Origin: Candidatus Heimdallarchaeota archaeon | GTDB taxonomy: Archaea > Asgardarchaeota > Heimdallarchaeia > Heimdallarchaeales > Kariarchaeaceae | DNA: 32,000 nt | Direction: 5' to 3' | Assembly: GCA_030149205.1 (NCBI GenBank) | Contig: JASBSB010000006.1 | Span: 120,001-152,000, forward strand | Shown: positions 1-9,466 of the stretch, piece after piece | Layout: the number at the start of each line of letters is the position of its first letter | Numbering within the stretch: position 1 is the stretch's first letter | Position numbers and translations under genes: made by a program | The notes under the pieces: model-generated | Seen by the model: only the letters and a program-made list of their open reading frames with translations | The model's database searches: none | What the model was told of the DNA's origin: nothing

Positions 1-532
1 AAAAAGGGATTTCGATCGTGGGAGGATTAGAAGTTTGATTATTTGGAATATATTTATCAATGTATTTAATGTAATCTGCGGATTGACTCACATCCCTGGC
101 ATCGAATTTCACTAAAACTTTCCCATTTTGATCAAATAATACATAAGTTGGTATAATTGAAATCTTGTATGCAGACTGAAATACATTGCCACTATCTATC
201 CCAAATTCCCAAGTTGCATTGTAAAATTTTTTGAAATCAAGCAATGCTTTTGGATTGTCTGTATTTGGTGAGATGGAAAGTGAGAACAGAGTTATGATGC
301 TCCCTCGATACTTAATTACATCCGAAAGATGAGACATAGCTTTTTGACATGGGCCACACCAAGTAGCCATTGCATCAACCAATAGATATTTTCCTGAAAA
401 TTTGTTGTAATTGGTTTTTGTACTTTGAAGGTTTGTGTAACTTAAGTCATTGCTGTAAACTGCGTTAACCTGTTGAAGACTAAAAATCATAAGAACAAAA
501 ACTGTTACGACCATTCCTTTATTATTCAACAT
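1..532 (-). CDS. TlpA/thioredoxin-like thiol-disulfide oxidoreductase with N-terminal signal/anchor (partial, runs off left edge)
   Basis: Manual translation from ATG at 532: MLNNKGMVVTVFVLMIFSLQQVNA...GKYLLVDAMATWCGPCQKAM...WEFGID...YKISIIPTYVLFDQNGKV. The WCGPC motif is at 347-361, and there is no stop before the window edge. Not in the ORF track. Confidence 0.9.
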   Translation of the reverse strand, partial: MLNNKGMVVTVFVLMIFSLQQVNAVYSNDLSYTNLQSTKTNYNKFSGKYLLVDAMATWCGPCQKAMSHLSDVIKYRGSIITLFSLSISPNTDNPKALLDFKKFYNATWEFGIDSGNVFQSAYKISIIPTYVLFDQNGKVLVKFDARDVSQSADYIKYIDKYIPNNQTSNPPTIEIPF

Positions 533-586
533 ATAATAATTCTTCAGGATAATTTAAATTTTTCAATTATCTAACATTAAAAAACA

Positions 587-1066
587 TCAGAAACCATCAA
601 TTTCAAATGGCGGGTCATTGCACTCTTTGATTTGTTGTAGTACGACATAAGTAAAACTCGAGGATATGCCGTTGATCTTTTTCATTTCAGTTATAACAAA
701 ACTTCCAAGTTCATCTATATCTTTAGCCCGAACCTTACAGATAATGTCCCATTCTCCAGCGATTATATGAACCTCCTGAACCTTCGAAAACTCACTTAGT
801 TGTTTTGCTGCATCCACCTGTGTTATAGAAGACCGAGTTGGGTCAAATTTTAACATAACAAATCCAACAATACTAAGATCCAATTTTTTCATTTCTAGGT
901 AAATGCCAAATCTCTTGATTATACCACTTTTTTGAAGCTTCTTAATTCTTGCATGAATTGTGCTTTTTGGATTATTAAGTTTCTTAGATAAAGAAAGGAG
1001 AGGTTCCTGACTGTTTTGACGTAATAGCTGTAGAATTTTGAAATCAAGTTCATCTAATTTTACCAT
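587..1066 (-). CDS. Lrp/AsnC family transcriptional regulator
   Basis: N-terminal LDELDFKILQLLRQNSQEPLLSLSKKL...STIHARIKKLQKSGIIKRF HTH, followed by a RAM domain (EVHIIAGEWDIICKV). Confidence 0.93.
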   Translation of the reverse strand: MVKLDELDFKILQLLRQNSQEPLLSLSKKLNNPKSTIHARIKKLQKSGIIKRFGIYLEMKKLDLSIVGFVMLKFDPTRSSITQVDAAKQLSEFSKVQEVHIIAGEWDIICKVRAKDIDELGSFVITEMKKINGISSSFTYVVLQQIKECNDPPFEIDGF

Positions 1067-1237
1067 GGATAATATTCAATTTTAACCAAGAGTATATTAA
1101 AAATTTTGCATAATTTCCAGAAATTCCATGAATTATTAGACGTCAAATTTGAAGTTCTAGAAATATTTCTGAAATATTTTAAAAAGGTGAACACTTAACA
1201 CTAGAAATACTTATCTGATAGGGAGATTAATCTCACT

Positions 1238-1882
1238 ATGGAATCTAAGAGTACTGACAAATTAATTGGTTATTATTTGATTTTGTGGATTCTTCAGACT
1301 GCCATTTTGAATTATGCTCTTTTTGGGATTCTAAATGATGAAACCAAAAAAAATTTGTATAACCTAGGATATGCACTGGTTAATTTGGATTTGATCTTCT
1401 TCCTCGGATTAATTCTTTTAGTGCTCATTTCTCTACTAAATTCAACCTCATTGGCTGGAAGAATTTTAATAATACTTGGTTCAATAATCTTTATGTTTGG
1501 AGCTATTTCATACCGTGTTTTAATAAATTGGATTCCTAATATTTCTATTTTCAATGTTTTATCTAAATTACTCTATCCAAATTCTCCGAAAATACAAAAT
1601 TTGGGGTTCAGTGTTATTAACGAAATCATTAGGGCAGTTTTTATAGCGAATGTTGGTCTTTTGTTAGTTGCTATCGGACTTGTATTATTATCATCAAGGA
1701 GAAGAACCAAAATTATGTTCCTTCTCTATGGTATAATAAATCTCAGCCTATCATTTAGCCTCTTAGTTTTTTTAAAACCAATTATCAGTCTTGTGTTCCT
1801 CATTCCTGGAGTTTTGTTCTTTATTCAAGACCAAAAGTTGTACGATGAGATAGAAATCTATGAAGTAGAAGGGAACAAATGA
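1238..1882 (+). CDS. Hypothetical multi-pass membrane protein
   Basis: 214 aa with about 5-6 hydrophobic segments and no recognised motif. Confidence 0.7.
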   Translation: MESKSTDKLIGYYLILWILQTAILNYALFGILNDETKKNLYNLGYALVNLDLIFFLGLILLVLISLLNSTSLAGRILIILGSIIFMFGAISYRVLINWIPNISIFNVLSKLLYPNSPKIQNLGFSVINEIIRAVFIANVGLLLVAIGLVLLSSRRRTKIMFLLYGIINLSLSFSLLVFLKPIISLVFLIPGVLFFIQDQKLYDEIEIYEVEGNK

Positions 1883-3093
1883 GAAACTTCTATTTCAGAC
1901 AAAACCTTTCCATTCTCCTTCGCAAAATCTAATACTATTCGGCAGTTTTCTTCTGTACAGTCAATCCCTAACTTCTCAAGTACAAATCTAGCATTTGATA
2001 TACCACTCAAAGGTCCAATGTCTATAATTTGCTCCTTGCCAAATTCTTTTGCAGGAACACTTGAATAAACGATGTCACCCCAACTTTCATCCTTGGTTTG
2101 TGCCTTTATGATAGCAGCTGCATGTACCCCCGTAGCCGTCCTAAAAGCATCAGTTCCCATGACAGGGTAATTTTTGGGAATATCAAATTTAACCATTTCA
2201 GAAACTGTTTCTGTATATGCAGACAACTTAGACAGGTCTCGGTTTTTGTAATTCTTAAAGCCCATAAGTTTTAAGTTCACTAATAAAGTATCCATCGGAG
2301 TGTTGCCGCATCTTTCACCTATACCAATTCCGGTCCCATGCACTCTGTCTATCCCTGCCTCTATAGCTGCAATCGAATTAGCTAAACTTAAACCACGATC
2401 TCTATGACCATGCCAATCAACACGTACCTTTGAAAATCCGTTTTCTTTTAACATATGCTTAATATAAGAAACCAATTGATAGGTTCCATGAGGGGTTGCA
2501 TGCCCCACAGTATCTGAGAGACAGATCGCCTGTGCTCCGTTCTCCACGGCAGTCAGATAGATTTTTTCCAAGACCTTAGGATCTGCCCTAGTAGTATCTT
2601 CTGTTACGAACATTATTGGAACATTATTGTCAATACATAATCGAGTTGCATCCTTGGTTAATCGCAACAATTTTTCAAGACTCCAAGATTCAACCTTCAT
2701 TCTTATAGGAGAAGAACCTAGGAAAGCAGCAACCTCTAAGGGAATCCCAACCTTATGACTGATATCTATTACAGGTTCAATATCATGGGCTATTGTACGA
2801 GCTGCACAGTTTGGAGCAAGGTTAAACCCTTCATCTCGTATCATCTCACATATGGCTGTGACATCATCATACATTTTTTTGGTTGAGCTTGGAAAGCCAA
2901 TGTCTGCCCCATTAATCTGTAGGTCTTCCATCAATCTTACAAGCTTAAGTTTGTACTCCAAGGGAGGATCTTGTGTCGATGGTGATTGAAGACCATCCCT
3001 TAAACTTTCATCATCCAATTGAACCTCCTTTTCCAAAACTTGACTATTGAGGTCAAATGAATTCCAATCAAAGATTAAGGTCTCATTGTTCAT
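1858..3093 (-). CDS. LeuA-family (DRE-TIM metallolyase) 2-isopropylmalate/homocitrate/citramalate synthase-like protein, no C-terminal regulatory domain
   Basis: Motifs DESLRDGLQ, LSDTVG, HGHRDRGL and GIGERCGN. The ORF track starts at 3144, but ATG at 3093 (MNNETLIFDWN) lies about 25 nt downstream of a TATAAAT on the minus strand. Confidence 0.88.
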   Translation of the reverse strand: MNNETLIFDWNSFDLNSQVLEKEVQLDDESLRDGLQSPSTQDPPLEYKLKLVRLMEDLQINGADIGFPSSTKKMYDDVTAICEMIRDEGFNLAPNCAARTIAHDIEPVIDISHKVGIPLEVAAFLGSSPIRMKVESWSLEKLLRLTKDATRLCIDNNVPIMFVTEDTTRADPKVLEKIYLTAVENGAQAICLSDTVGHATPHGTYQLVSYIKHMLKENGFSKVRVDWHGHRDRGLSLANSIAAIEAGIDRVHGTGIGIGERCGNTPMDTLLVNLKLMGFKNYKNRDLSKLSAYTETVSEMVKFDIPKNYPVMGTDAFRTATGVHAAAIIKAQTKDESWGDIVYSSVPAKEFGKEQIIDIGPLSGISNARFVLEKLGIDCTEENCRIVLDFAKENGKVLSEIEVSHLFPSTS

Positions 3094-3281
3094 AGACAGA
3101 TGTAAAATAGGTAATTTATAGCTTTTTGGAGTAATGGAAACCAATTTGCTATGGAATTTTATAGAAAAAATTATGTTGAAAATATTGTTTATAGAAACTA
3201 ACTAGATTTCTTTGAGACTGAAATACCAAATTTAGCCTTCCTGTTCGGTAAAGTTCAATAATACCTACCAATTATAAACTC

Positions 3282-4139
3282 ATGCGAGAAATTAAGACTA
3301 TATTGGTATTAGGACTCGGAGCTATGGGTAATGGAATTGCGCATGTTGCAGCACAATCAGGGTATAAAACCCATGTGTATGATGTTTCAGAGGAATTCTT
3401 GAATCGGGGTATGACGACGATTAGAAAAAACTTGGAACGTGGTCTAAAAAAAGGAAGAATTACAACAGAAGAAATCGATGCAATAATGAGTCGAATTACT
3501 CCTTTTACTGATCTTACTAAGGCTTCAGAGGGGGTTGATTTTGTCATAGAGGCAGTATTTGAAAATATCGAAGTTAAAGTTGAGCTTTTTGCTCATCTAA
3601 ATGAGGTGCTACCTTCAGACATAATCTTTGCATCCAACACATCATCAATATCATTATCTTTGCTTGGAGGATCATCTGGTCGTCCAGAGAACTTTATTGG
3701 TATGCATTTCTTTAATCCTGTTCCAGTAAAAAACTTAGTTGAAATCATTAGAGGTCTACTTACATCAGATGAGACCTATGAAATTGCAAAGATGCTCTCC
3801 TCAAAATTTGGAAAAGAATACATTACAGCGAAGGACTCTCCTGGATTTGTTGTCAATAGGATACTGGTTCCCATGCTCAATGAAGCAGTGTTTGCCGTTC
3901 AGGAGGGGTTAGCGACTCCTGAAGATATTGATAAAGGGATGGTCTTGGGGACGAACATGAATATGGGTCCACTGGCACTGCTCGACTTGGTTGGGTTGGA
4001 TACTGCATTAATGGTCTCGAATGTATTCTATGAACAGTTCCAGGACAGTAAATACAGAGTCCCAGAGTTACTGAAGCAGATGGTTGCTTCAAAACTATTG
4101 GGTAGAAAGACAAAAAGAGGATTTTACACCTACGACTAA
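3282..4139 (+). CDS. hbd: 3-hydroxybutyryl-CoA / 3-hydroxyacyl-CoA dehydrogenase
   Basis: GLGAMGNG Rossmann motif, VIEAVFEN, SNTSS, GMHFFNP, PGFVVNR, MGPLALLDLVGLD and LGRKT. Confidence 0.93.
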   Translation: MREIKTILVLGLGAMGNGIAHVAAQSGYKTHVYDVSEEFLNRGMTTIRKNLERGLKKGRITTEEIDAIMSRITPFTDLTKASEGVDFVIEAVFENIEVKVELFAHLNEVLPSDIIFASNTSSISLSLLGGSSGRPENFIGMHFFNPVPVKNLVEIIRGLLTSDETYEIAKMLSSKFGKEYITAKDSPGFVVNRILVPMLNEAVFAVQEGLATPEDIDKGMVLGTNMNMGPLALLDLVGLDTALMVSNVFYEQFQDSKYRVPELLKQMVASKLLGRKTKRGFYTYD

Positions 4140-4165
4140 ATATATACTGGTTTGAATTAACGTCG

Positions 4166-4693
4166 TTATTTTAATAAGTTTGAATACGTTTTCCTAAATT
4201 TTATCAATTTAGGATTGATCACAACTTGACAGTATCCTTGGTTTGGATTTTTGTTAAAATAGTTTTGATGATACTCTTCAGCCTCAAAAAATTTGACAAA
4301 TGGAACTATTTGAGTGACAATTGGATCTGACCATACCTGTTGTTGAGTAAATTCGCTGATTACACTCTCTGAAACCTTTTTCTGTTCTTCAGAATGATAT
4401 AGAATGATTGAACGGTATTGAGTCCCTACATCAGCCCCTTGTCTGTTTAGAGTTGTTGGATCATGAACACTAAGAAATATCTCCAACAATGATTTAAAGG
4501 AAATGATCTCAGGATTAAAGGTTATTTGAACTACCTCTGCATGTCCAGTTCTCCCTGAACAAACTGACTTATAACTTGGGTCATCAACATTTCCTCCGCT
4601 GTAGCCACAGAGTACTGATTCCACACCTTGAAGATCCCTAAATAATGCATCTAAACACCAGAAACATCCACCACCCAATGTTGTTTTCTCCAT
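4166..4693 (-). CDS. msrA: Peptide methionine sulfoxide reductase MsrA
   Basis: GGGCFWC, GHAEVVQ, HDPTTLNRQGADVGTQYRS and AEEYHQNY motifs; no signal peptide. Confidence 0.97.
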   Translation of the reverse strand: MEKTTLGGGCFWCLDALFRDLQGVESVLCGYSGGNVDDPSYKSVCSGRTGHAEVVQITFNPEIISFKSLLEIFLSVHDPTTLNRQGADVGTQYRSIILYHSEEQKKVSESVISEFTQQQVWSDPIVTQIVPFVKFFEAEEYHQNYFNKNPNQGYCQVVINPKLIKFRKTYSNLLK

Positions 4694-4747
4694 GATATTT
4701 GTAGAGGCTACAGTTTTATTAAGTTTAGGAATGAAAATTCAGACAAG

Positions 4748-5449
4748 TCAATAATATATTCTTAATTCAGGAATGTAGGTAGATAAGATAAGATAAAACC
4801 CAGATATTAATACAATAATTCCAAGAACCGTTTTTATCTTTTCTTGATTTTTTGAAATTTTAGCAGCAAAAGTTTGTTTAAACTCTGGAACCAGTAAAAC
4901 TATTAAAAGAAAGGGAAATGCAGCCCCTAAGCTGAATCCAGAGTATCCTATAATTTTGTCAGACAATCCAAGATTTAGGAGTTGTCCCCAAGAAACAAAA
5001 AAATAAGATATAGCGCATGGAGCTGCTATTATGGTATATAATAATCCCACAACAAACCCTAGAATTAGTAAATTACCTGAAACTCGCTTAGAGTATAATA
5101 GGTCATTCAAAAATTGAGGTAGTTGAATGGAGTACAGAATCTTTGGAGTATATACTAACATTATTCCTGCAAGGATCAATAAAGCTCCTTGGACAGTTGC
5201 AAATGTAACGTAATTTTGTAAAAAAAAACCAATCAAAGATAGAAATGAATTAACAAGTAGCCCTATTGTAGAATAAACTATCATAATCCCAGCAGTTAGA
5301 CCAATCAGGGAAAGTAAAAGTTTGCTTTGTGATGTTTCATTTTCAGCTGCGATTAATGCAAAATAAGTTGGCATTAATGGAAACAGACATGGACTCAATG
5401 ATGTCAGAATTCCCAAAATGAACTGAAAAAAGAAAACATCTAAATTCAT
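4748..5449 (-). CDS. ccdA: CcdA / DsbD transmembrane-domain protein (cytochrome c biogenesis / transmembrane electron transport)
   Basis: About 6 TM segments with the paired Cys motifs SLSPCLFPLMP and AAPCA. Confidence 0.88.
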   Translation of the reverse strand: MNLDVFFFQFILGILTSLSPCLFPLMPTYFALIAAENETSQSKLLLSLIGLTAGIMIVYSTIGLLVNSFLSLIGFFLQNYVTFATVQGALLILAGIMLVYTPKILYSIQLPQFLNDLLYSKRVSGNLLILGFVVGLLYTIIAAPCAISYFFVSWGQLLNLGLSDKIIGYSGFSLGAAFPFLLIVLLVPEFKQTFAAKISKNQEKIKTVLGIIVLISGFYLILSTYIPELRIYY

Positions 5450-5518
5450 AAATTACTGAAAGGACAAGTTCTTTAATATTATTTCGATTGGTCTGAACTG
5501 ATACGCATGTGTTTTGTA

Positions 5519-5947
5519 CTACTGCTCAGACATTAGGCTACTGATTATCTTCTCTAATCGAACCATGAGGGGTTGAACCTTTGATTCAAAATGAATTGAA
5601 ATTTGGTTTTGAACAGCTTCAGAGGTGATTCTTTCTTCTTTTTGTTTTTCTTCCTCTAGTGTCTGTACCCTTGCTGTTAATCCCTTAATCTTATCGTCAT
5701 ACTCGGAAAGTTTCCCTTGAAGGGCACTAGATTGCCCTATTTCATCTGTGATCTCAGTTACTGCCAACCGCTGTGATAATTCATCATCATGTACATATCC
5801 TTTTTCCAAATATATTTGAATTGAGCGATTGATTAGTTCTGTCAATGTCGATCCCATTTTTTGTGCATTAAGTTGCAATTTGTCTTTTAATTTCTTGTCC
5901 AACCAGAAAGTTGTTGCGACTCTATCTTTTCTCCGAGTTGAGGGCAC
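5519..5947 (-). CDS. Ribbon-helix-helix (CopG/MetJ-like) DNA-binding protein with C-terminal coiled coil
   Basis: RVATTFWLD (beta strand) - KKLKDKLQLNAQKMG - STLTELINRSIQIYL pattern; heptad-like LQGKLSEYDDKIKGLTARVQTLEEEK. Confidence 0.7.
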   Translation of the reverse strand: MPSTRRKDRVATTFWLDKKLKDKLQLNAQKMGSTLTELINRSIQIYLEKGYVHDDELSQRLAVTEITDEIGQSSALQGKLSEYDDKIKGLTARVQTLEEEKQKEERITSEAVQNQISIHFESKVQPLMVRLEKIISSLMSEQ

Positions 5948-6013
5948 AAGTATTATGTGAACCTTAGATTTAAAAAATGTTTGCCCGTATATCTTAAGAT
6001 TTTTTCTAATAGA

Positions 6014-7633
6014 TTAATATGCGGTTGAAAGGTGATCATTCATCATCAGATGTTTAAACAATTCATCATAGATTTCAACTAATGTAAGTTGAGAGATCTC
6101 CTGCTCAAACTTCATTTGTGTAGGAGTTTCAGTGTCCTTAAAAAAGGTTAGAGGATATATCATGACCTTGTACAGAATTTTAAAAGGGAGTATCAGAAAA
6201 TCAATGGTTGCCTTATACAGCACCTTGGTACTCTTTTTGCTGACTTGCCAAATCCTTGTTGGCATTCCATCAAGCTGCTTTGGTTTGTTTTTAAATTCAA
6301 TGATTTTATCAAATGAATGATTCAACTGATTCCCTATTTCTTTGTATCTCATTAATGAATATTCCAGCACTGGTCGATTTTTCAAGTTTACGAATTTTAT
6401 TACAAGGAACTTATAACTAACCAAGGCATACTGATAATACACGTAAAGTAAAATCAAGGGGATAAGAAACAAACCATTAAAAAAGTTCACAATCCTTTTT
6501 TTCCTTTTCTCCCAATTCGACTTAAAGGCGTAATGATCCTTCATAAATTGTCTCACTCCAAATGCAAGTCCAGTACTAATTTTCCCAAGATCCAAGTCAT
6601 TGACAAACTGTGAATATTTTTCTTCTTCATGGATTATAATTTTTAGGACTGTTGAAACCATTAGATTGTTAATCAGATCTTCATCCTCTTGGCCAGCAGT
6701 AATTTTGAAACTGAGATTCATCAAGTTAAATTTTGCTTCTTCAAGTGTTAGATGGTATCGATTTGCAAATTCCTTTAGAGCTTTGTTTCTCCTCCAAAAT
6801 TTTATAGTAAATTCGTTTTGGTAAATCTGCAAAGCAAATTCCCTGGCTTTCTCTTCCCTGATGTTTCTAAAATCTAGATTATTAAGACTTTCTTGAGACC
6901 CTTGCAAAATTTCGGATATTAGTTTCTTTGCTCGATCAGGGACTTTGCTTTCCCCAGTTCCAAGTAGATTTACAACTCGTTCGGAGATTTGATTTAACTG
7001 TTCTGACATCTCCTGCTTAAAATCCTCTAATGATGTCTGATCAACAGGTGGAAAATCAAGCACCAAGAAACCCGCGAACCCTCCATAATAAGGAATTGCC
7101 ATTAGTGATTCTAAGGTATTAAAAAATACCGCACCTCTATAATTGCCCATTTTCAGGCATCTTTCCTTGGCATTTTGAAAAACAAAAAAAGGTGGCCCAA
7201 AAATTCCAGCAACCGTTGCTAACACCATTGAGGTTGAACTGAAAATGTAGATCAGAACAGGTCCTAAATCACCGAATTGCCTCTGACTAAAATAAGCAAT
7301 CAGTCCGGCAGATAAAGCAACTGCTGATACTGCGTTATCTATGGTCTGACCAACCCCCTTTCTTAGAGCAAAGCTCTCACTCACCTCTTCTACCTTAGTG
7401 GATATATCCATTAATTGTGAGATGGTTTCTTCTGCTTCAATTCTAACTGGGTCTGTCATCAATCTGCTTAGGGCAAAAATATATGATCGGTTATCCTCGA
7501 GAAACGGCATTGCCTCTTGTAATTTTTGAGGAAAGATAAAATCGTAAATGTTCAACAGGATTTGAGCAGATATAGTTAACAGGAAAATGATAGGGGTGAG
7601 AATAAATATTATAAATGCTCGAATTTTACCCAC
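6014..7633 (-). CDS. Uncharacterised 539-aa multi-pass membrane protein, paralog A
   Basis: Long ORF with GTG start and hydrophobic segments near aa 5-30, 100-150, 165-192, 385-410 and 475-497; colinear with 7847..9466. Confidence 0.85.
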   Translation of the reverse strand: MGKIRAFIIFILTPIIFLLTISAQILLNIYDFIFPQKLQEAMPFLEDNRSYIFALSRLMTDPVRIEAEETISQLMDISTKVEEVSESFALRKGVGQTIDNAVSAVALSAGLIAYFSQRQFGDLGPVLIYIFSSTSMVLATVAGIFGPPFFVFQNAKERCLKMGNYRGAVFFNTLESLMAIPYYGGFAGFLVLDFPPVDQTSLEDFKQEMSEQLNQISERVVNLLGTGESKVPDRAKKLISEILQGSQESLNNLDFRNIREEKAREFALQIYQNEFTIKFWRRNKALKEFANRYHLTLEEAKFNLMNLSFKITAGQEDEDLINNLMVSTVLKIIIHEEEKYSQFVNDLDLGKISTGLAFGVRQFMKDHYAFKSNWEKRKKRIVNFFNGLFLIPLILLYVYYQYALVSYKFLVIKFVNLKNRPVLEYSLMRYKEIGNQLNHSFDKIIEFKNKPKQLDGMPTRIWQVSKKSTKVLYKATIDFLILPFKILYKVMIYPLTFFKDTETPTQMKFEQEISQLTLVEIYDELFKHLMMNDHLSTAY

Positions 7634-7679
7634 AAATTAAACTTGGTTTACTTATTTATAAGTTTGTCTTGTGGAGCAC
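7634..7679 (-). promoter_or_regulatory. Putative promoter (TTATAAAT TATA box, leaderless-type) of paralog A
   Basis: Minus-strand TTATAAAT at about 7654-7661, 21-28 nt upstream of the GTG; the sequence is conserved upstream of paralog B. Confidence 0.65.
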
Positions 7680-7846
7680 CTTAGAGTAGCATAGTTAGGT
7701 AGAGGCGGACTACACATAAATCAAATTTTGAGATTACATAGAATTGTTTCAGCTACAAAACTGTAATAGGAAAATACAAAGATATCTTTGTGCTTTAATT
7801 CAATAATTGATTCTGAGTTTGATGTAGTTTTATCTTTTGAATTAGG

Positions 7847-9466
7847 CTAATAAGCTGTAGAAATATGATCACTCATCATTAACCGTTTGAATAACTCATC
7901 ATATATTTCAACAAGGGTTAACTGAGAGATCTCCTGTTCAAATTTTGTTCGAGTAGGTATTTCCGACTCCCTGAACAGCGATAAAGGAAATATCAAAATC
8001 TTGTATAATATTTTGAATGGAAGAACAAGAAATTCTAATACTGCCTTGATCAATATTTTGCTGCCTCTCTTGGTCCCATTCCAGAGTTTCGAGGACAAAT
8101 CATCGAATTGTTTTGGGGTATTTTTGATTTCAATTAGCCTATCAAATGTCCTGTCAAGCTGAATCCCAATTTCTGTGTATCTCATTTTGGAATATTCAAC
8201 CACAGGCCTGTTTTTTAAGTTAACAAACTTCATGACAAGGAATTTGTAACTTATTAATGCGTACTGATAGTAGGCATTAATCAGGATATAAGGAAGTACA
8301 AACAGACCATAGAAAAAGTTAAGAATCCTTGATTTCCTGTTCTTCCATTTAGATTGAAAGGCATAATGATCCTTCATAAACTGTCTGACTCCAAAAGCCA
8401 ATCCAGTACTGATTTTTCCAAGTTCTAAATCATCAACCAACTCTGAGTATTTTTGTTCCTCTTGGATGATTATTTTCAGGACAGCTGTTACCATTAAATT
8501 GTTGATTAGATCCTCGTCCTCTTGACCAGCAAGAATTTTAAAACTTAGGTTCATCAAATTATACTTTGCCTCTTCAAGGGTCAGATGGTATCGATTGGCA
8601 AATTCCTCAAGAGCTTTCTTTCTTTTCCAAAATTTTAAGGTAAATTCATTCTGGTAAATTTGAAGGGCAAACTCCCTAGCTTTTTCTTCCCTAATATTTC
8701 TAAAATCTATTTTGTTAAGGCTCTCTTGAGATTCGTCCAGGATCTCATTAATCAATCTTTTTGCCCTATCTGGAATTCTGCTTTCACCTGTCCCAAGTAG
8801 ATTCACAATTCGATCTGAAATTTCGTCTAACTGTTCTGAAATTTCCAGCTTAAATTCTTCTAATGAGGGCTGATCCACAGGTGGAAGATCTAGCACCAAA
8901 AACCCCGCAGCTCCACCATAAAAAGGTATTGCCATTAGAGATTCCAAGGTATTAAAGAGTACAGCCCCTCTATAGTTCCCGAATTTTAAACACCGTTCCT
9001 TAGCGTCTTTAAACACAAAATAAGGTGGCCCAAATATTCCCGCCAAGGTTGCTAACACCATTGAAGTAGAACTAAAAATATAGATCAATACTGGGCCAAA
9101 GTCACCGAATTGACTCTGACTAAAATAGGCAATCAATCCTGCGGATAGTGCCACTGCAGATAATGCATTGTCTATTGTTTGACCAACTCCCTTTCTAAGT
9201 GCAAAGCTTTCACCAATATCTTCTACTTTCGTAGAAATATCCACAAGTTGTGAGATAGTTTCTTCAGCTTCGATCCTAACTGGGTCTGTCATCAATCTAC
9301 TTAGAGCAAAAATAAAGGTGCGATTAACCTCCAGAAGTGGGATCGCTTCCTGTAGTTTAACTGGGAATAGAAAATCAAAGATATTTAATATAACCTGAGC
9401 AGTCATAGCTACAAGGAATACAACAGGGGTGAGAAATAGGATGCCAAGGGTTCGGATTTTACCCAC
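7847..9466 (-). CDS. Uncharacterised 539-aa multi-pass membrane protein, paralog B
   Basis: Same length as paralog A with no indels; 75 of the first 100 aa are identical by manual count. Confidence 0.85.
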   Translation of the reverse strand: MGKIRTLGILFLTPVVFLVAMTAQVILNIFDFLFPVKLQEAIPLLEVNRTFIFALSRLMTDPVRIEAEETISQLVDISTKVEDIGESFALRKGVGQTIDNALSAVALSAGLIAYFSQSQFGDFGPVLIYIFSSTSMVLATLAGIFGPPYFVFKDAKERCLKFGNYRGAVLFNTLESLMAIPFYGGAAGFLVLDLPPVDQPSLEEFKLEISEQLDEISDRIVNLLGTGESRIPDRAKRLINEILDESQESLNKIDFRNIREEKAREFALQIYQNEFTLKFWKRKKALEEFANRYHLTLEEAKYNLMNLSFKILAGQEDEDLINNLMVTAVLKIIIQEEQKYSELVDDLELGKISTGLAFGVRQFMKDHYAFQSKWKNRKSRILNFFYGLFVLPYILINAYYQYALISYKFLVMKFVNLKNRPVVEYSKMRYTEIGIQLDRTFDRLIEIKNTPKQFDDLSSKLWNGTKRGSKILIKAVLEFLVLPFKILYKILIFPLSLFRESEIPTRTKFEQEISQLTLVEIYDELFKRLMMSDHISTAY

